64,000 nucleotides of DNA from Macrostomum lignano (lineage: Eukaryota), in NCBI GenBank assembly GCA_002269645.1, contig NIVC01000070.1, positions 310,001-374,000 of the forward strand. The letters are read 5' to 3'. The stretch's first letter is position 1, and each line of letters begins with the position of its first letter. This document shows positions 58,821 through 64,000 of this stretch, piece after piece. The translations under genes and the position numbers were made by a program. The notes beneath the pieces are model-generated. The model made no database searches and had not been told where the DNA came from. It saw only the letters and a program-made list of their open reading frames with translations.

Positions 58821-61800
58821 TCATTCACGCCAGTAGTAGGCAGGGTTGACTCGGCTAACATTAAAACTGTCTTGGAAGACATTTCCGTTGCTGCTGCTGC
58901 TGCCACCAGCCCTCGCGTCAATGTCGTCTCCATATCGACCGCGTCGATCGTGATGGATTCGCTGGTAGCTGTGGTAGGGACTCGAGCGATCTGCTGGAGC
59001 GTCACCTGCTGTCCCGCGAGCATTGTCGGAATCCAGCTGTCGAAGTGCGGCGGCAACCATGGCGTCTCGTTGACGTCGCCCACTACTGCGACGACGCGGC
59101 ATGATTTCCTCGACGGGAATGGCGTCGTCCATCGATTCTGAAATTTTAGAACTCAGTTTAGTTACAGGTAAGAAAACATATAGACATCTCTACGCATAAG
59201 TTCTTCAATCGCAAGCTCACCATTTGAACCAGTTTGATTGATATTATCAGTCGACTGGAAGTGTCGCTTGTGCGCAACACTTTGTCTACTATCAGTAGTT
59301 GAATAAGGATGTTGATCTTGATCATCATAATTTTCTCCGGAGTCTGTTTCTGCTTGGTATTTGCTCGGGCTTGAATCAACAGCATCATAAGCCGCTTGAG
59401 ATGCAGGCACTTTGTGGACAACAGTCCACTCCTCGAATTTCGGTGCATTCTCACTCGCGTCCGATTCGTAGCTACTCTGTCGACGATAAGAAGTCCCGCT
59501 TGGCGCTTCGAGCTGCGGCGGCACAGAATGATACTCGGTCCACTCTTCAAAGCGCGGCGTCTCTTCGTCGGAAGAAGCCGCCTCAGTTTTTGAAATGTAT
59601 CGCGAACGACGAGTTGGGGGAGCTGATTTCTCTTCACGCCTCTGCCTGCCGTTGCTATCATCGTTGGTGATTCGTACTCTGTTCCTTGTCGTCCTGTCAT
59701 TTGATCGGCTTCTGTTACTGTCAGGCTTTGGTTCGCTTTCTTCCAGCAGCCGTCGATAGCCAACAACCGAGTCCTCCTGATTGGGACTGCCGTGCACTTC
59801 AGACTGATTCATGGGCGCCTGTTCAGATGGAACCGACTCAAACAATCCCCAGTCATCACGTGAGAAGAAGTCATTATGGTCTCCGAATTGACCATTGTTT
59901 TGTCGCCAACGATTGAACCGGTCCTCTCTTGTGCTCCACTGAGTTTCATTATCGCGCCTTCTTTCATCTTCCAGTTGACGTCGACTTTGCTCTTGCTCGC
60001 GGCGACGCCTATCTTCCGCTTCCTGGCGTCTCTGCTCCTCCTCAATTTCTCTGCGTCGTCTTTCTTCAGCTTCTCGACGAGCTCTCGCTCTGGCTTCGTC
60101 TTCTTCACGCCGACCTGCGTCGTCTTGAGGTTTATAGCTATTGGCCTGGTTGGAAGCATCGTTAGCGTCATTATCGAGGAATCGACGGTAACCGATTGCA
60201 GATCCAGAATCGAAAGGCTCAGAATCCGCCAGTGCGGTCCATTCGTTTACGCCTTCCTTGAATCTCTGCCTGTCAGTCTGTGGGCTTTTGGTTTCATTTT
60301 GACGACTTTTGTGTTCTTCCGGACCTAGAGTTTGCAGGCGGTCAGCCTCGCGACTGCGCTGGGTGCGTTCCTTTAGTTTCTGCTGACGCTGCTTCTCCTC
60401 GATCTCTCGCAGGTTGCGCATGTACTCGCTCTCGATGCTGGCATCAGACTCACCGGAGTTTTCGTTTCCGCTAGGTTTTTGCAGGCTACGATAACTACGC
60501 GTTGACTTTGAGTAGCGCGAGTCAGATGGTGACGCTTCAGCGCTTTGCATACTTGCTTGCGCTGTAGGAGCGGTTTCATAGACGGTCCACTCTTCAGTAG
60601 TGTACAAATCTGGATTGCTCTCTTGAGCCTTCGCTCTTTCTCTTCTTCGAGCTTCTTCCTCTCTTCTTTGTAGCTCCTCTTCCCTTCTTTGTAACTCTTC
60701 TTCCCTTCTGCGAGATTCTTCTTCCTTTCGCCGCCTGTCTTGTTCCTCTTGCTCCGCCTGGCGTCGCCGTTCCATGCGTTGGCGCTGCTCCTCCTCTTCC
60801 TGCTGCTGTGCAAGGCGGCGCTTCTCACGCGCCTCGCGAAGCCGACGCTCATTTTCCTGCCTGGCAACTTCGCGCTCCTCTTCCTCCAGCCTGCGTCTCT
60901 CCTGCTCCTCCTGCTCTCTGCGACGCCGCCTGTCTTCTTCGGCCTTCCAGCGTCTCTCTTCTTCTTCTTCAAGCTCTCTTCTGCCCCGCTGTTCTTCAGC
61001 AAATTGTTTTTCTTGCCTACGCAAGTCTTGAGCTTGCAGTTCTTCGCGGTGCTTTCTATCGTACTCATTCTTGCGTCGCTCAGCCTCTTCCATTCGTTGC
61101 TTTTCCAATGCTTCCAGCCGTTTCCACTCTTCCTCGTCTTTCTTCTTTGTTTGGGCTTCACGTTTGGTACCATTGCTATCCGCTGCATTTTTTCGATTTG
61201 TTCCAAACGGCAACGTTTCATAAACTGTCCACCGACCGACTTTGACAGAGTTTGGTGCTTCGCCACTATTTTGTCTCTTGTACATGTCTGCTTTTTCATC
61301 CGCGCGAAGCGTTCTCGGTACATACTTGGACTTGTTGATGACAATAGTTGGTTGGCTTGGGGCACTGGCCGGAGCAGACTCGCTCGCACGGACTTCGGTT
61401 GAGCTAACATATAAATCCGAGTCCGACTTGCCAAAGCTTTTTAACGGCTTCAATTGAGCAGCAGCAGACTTTGGCCACGGCGTTCGATGCGGAGCGTAGG
61501 ACGACTTCGTGGATGAATCTCCCGTATTAACCGGCTGAGAATGCGATACAGATGACACTTGACTTGCAGTAACGTCTCTTTCCTGCGGCACTATCGGAAT
61601 ACGCGGCGTCTTTGATCCAGTAGTTGAGCGGTTACTCGGCCTGCGACTAACACCTGACTGACGACCGCGACTAGCTGATGGCCGTCTGGAGACGGAAGCT
61701 GCAGACTGTTGCGGACCGAACAGGCTAGCAATGTTATTGACGTGACCCTTCTTGATGCCGGCTTCGCTCTCGATGAGAGCAGCCGAGCTTGCTTGGCTTC

Positions 61801-61960
61801 GTTGCGTCACATTTACCGGCCTCTGGGGGCTTTGGTTTCTTGACGAGCTGACAACATCCGGATAGCTCATTTTCTCATAGACAAGATGTTGTATTCGGAC
61901 TTCTAAAAAACGAAGAGTGTCAATGGAAAGAATGGAAAACTGGGCGTGATAGATTGGCAT
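58821..61960 (-). CDS. Uncharacterized ~1018-aa E/R-rich protein, 2 exons (61960-59221, 59137-58821)
   Basis: 932-codon non-repeat ORF. An 83-nt phase-1 intron (G|GTGAGC...AAATTTCAG|AA) joins it in frame to the MDDAIPVEEIMPRRR...YYWRE* ORF. Start is ATG 61960 (after an acceptor) or 61870. Confidence 0.8.
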
Positions 61961-63139
61961 CTCTTTAAATCTGAGAGAAATTTCTCAAGCTCAACCCGCC
62001 TCGTCAGTTATTCGTGAGACTGCTAAACGCCCGATTTCCCAGGGCAAATCTTTCAAGATTTCAACGCGATTGTTGAGTGGACAGACTGTAACTTGACAGA
62101 GCTGAACGGAACAATTTGAGAAACTTAGCTGGAAATTTGTGTTCACACACACGTTAAGTCAAATAGTTAGGCAGTAGCCGTGAGCACTACAATAAAAATA
62201 CTCACAGCCATACAGTCACGAAAGAGCAGATTATTTCATGCATTCAGACCAGATTTTGGGCGCTAAAAATGAGCAAGAAAATTAATGCAAAATGCAAGGA
62301 GCAAAAATCAATACAGATACTGCTACTTAGGAAATTATTTCCCCATATATTCCAACATGCTCTGTTCCCAGATTGTACCCTATAAGATTATAGCTTTACT
62401 TTAAAGCCCCTCTGCATGCATGCAAACTACACAGCCTTATGGATCTAAAATTAGTGAAGTATCAGCTTTAAAAATGCAAATTAATACTCGAGGTCTCTGG
62501 GCTATCTATCCTAATCTAATGGAGCAGTCGCGACTACGATCTCGTCCAAATAGCCAAGCTAAGCAAGCCTTTCCTGCGAGCAGTATTGCTAGCCAGTGGC
62601 CCTATCGATTCCAGGGGTCACTGCCGGCAGCTGGCTTGTATCGGCTGCTTGATGCCTGCCTCCACTTGGATCTCTGAAGTGCGCCGGAATCAATTCTATT
62701 CAGGACGATATAAAAATAATGCAAGAGCCGAGTTCTCGGACCGCACGGCATGGCCAATGAAGCCAATGGCTCTCAGGAGGAGAGATAAGAGAATACATTT
62801 AGACATACGAGGGCGCACTCGCCAGGCCTACTGGGAGATGGGAGAAACAGATGAGATAAAGCGAACCCGACCCTCTTGACTTGAGCATGTTGCAGTCTTA
62901 TTGAGTCAAGTAGTTTTTGTTGCATGATATCCACTCTCTCGAGCGTCTCCCTGACCATATTTCTTAATTTCATAAAGCTACAAAAAGTGCTGCTTAACCT
63001 ACATGCATGTCGATATTCATTAGAAGAAACTACTTATAATATATGATAAATTGGGTTGAAACTATGCTATTACCGATTTTGATACAAGATTATGAACTAG
63101 CATTAGTATAAGCGTATTACCGTATGAATAAATTCCAAT

Positions 63140-63360
63140 GAACCCAATTAACTATCTATTGAGCAATTACCAATGAGCCCGATTGACTATCTATTGAGCA
63201 ATTAATTACCAATGAGCCCGATTGACTATCTATTGAGCAATTAATTACCAATGAGCCCGATTGACTATCTATTGAGCAATTAATTACTAATGAGCCCGAT
63301 TGACTATCTATTGAGCAATTACCAATGAGCCCGATTGACTATCTATTGAGCAATTACCAA
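63140..63360. repeat. ~35-39-bp tandem repeat ATTACCAATGAGCCCGATTGACTATCTATTGAGCA(ATTA), about 6 copies
   Basis: Seen directly. Confidence 0.92.
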
Positions 63361-64000
63361 CTTCTCATGAGCCTTTGGCAATCTCTTCGAGACCCTAGGG
63401 CATCGAGAATTTTAAATTTCTTGTACGAATTTCTCAACTTCCTTAATAAGTACAGCAACACGCTATTAGCGAGAAAAAAAAATTATACCAGAATGCCTTC
63501 ATGAATTCGCATAAATTAAAAAGGAAAAAACTATTTTGTAGACGAAAACAAATTTTTTTTAAATGTATATGTTTAAAAATCGATAAAAAATCTTAGCTAT
63601 AAAAAACTGTTTTCTATGACATAAGTACCGTTCTCTTAGAACGTTGCAAATGCAAAACTTTGTGCAATATATACTCGTATTTTTTAATTTTTCGCATTAA
63701 GCAATTCAACTCTAGCTACAGCGGAATATTCAGACAATTTTAGTAGTGGCATCGGACGACAACCAATAGTTTTTTATACGCAGCTGCATATTCAACTATC
63801 TTAGTTAGTTCTGATTCTGGCTCGAAATTACGTGAAGTACGAGCATTTAAATCATAAGATAAATTTCTAGTTTAACGAAACCACTTCTAGGAAGCCTTCT
63901 AGGAACTTCTTCCCATATTTAAATAAGATTAGCTATTCAAGGTGTGCCCAGAACCGGCAAAAATAATACTGAACTAAACTAATGCAGACATCAATTTAAT

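Noticed and set aside
62586-62973. Short ORFs on both strands
   Set aside because: No recognisable domain or convincing splice structure.

Overview
Eukaryotic (metazoan) genomic DNA: GT-AG spliced genes, SINE/LINE/DNA-transposon remnants and a very high load of mini- and microsatellites. The repeat style and gene set suggest a flatworm such as Macrostomum, but that is inference only. I assembled four gene models by hand. (1) A 15-exon ARHGEF17/TEM4-like RhoGEF (+, 18639-39075, about 1773 aa, DH-PH plus C-terminal beta-propeller). (2) A 3-exon DHRS7B-like short-chain dehydrogenase (-, 56532-48684, 315 aa). (3) A 2-exon orphan protein (-, 61960-58821, about 1018 aa) in which E/R-rich helices alternate with a repeated acidic-Trp motif. 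(4) A 2-exon, 93-aa secreted Cys-rich prepropeptide (+, 13660-14025) that the ORF track shows only in part. Accessory DNA includes three nested DNA transposons (1234-6127), a degenerate LINE, two CORE-type SINEs, several MITEs, and a 6.6-kb inverted-repeat-bounded element carrying a higher-order 236-bp satellite. Many introns hold their own distinct minisatellite. Most long ORFs in the supplied track are translations of tandem repeats. No CRISPR array, rRNA or true tRNA gene is supported. All homology calls are from recall of family motifs; no searches were run.
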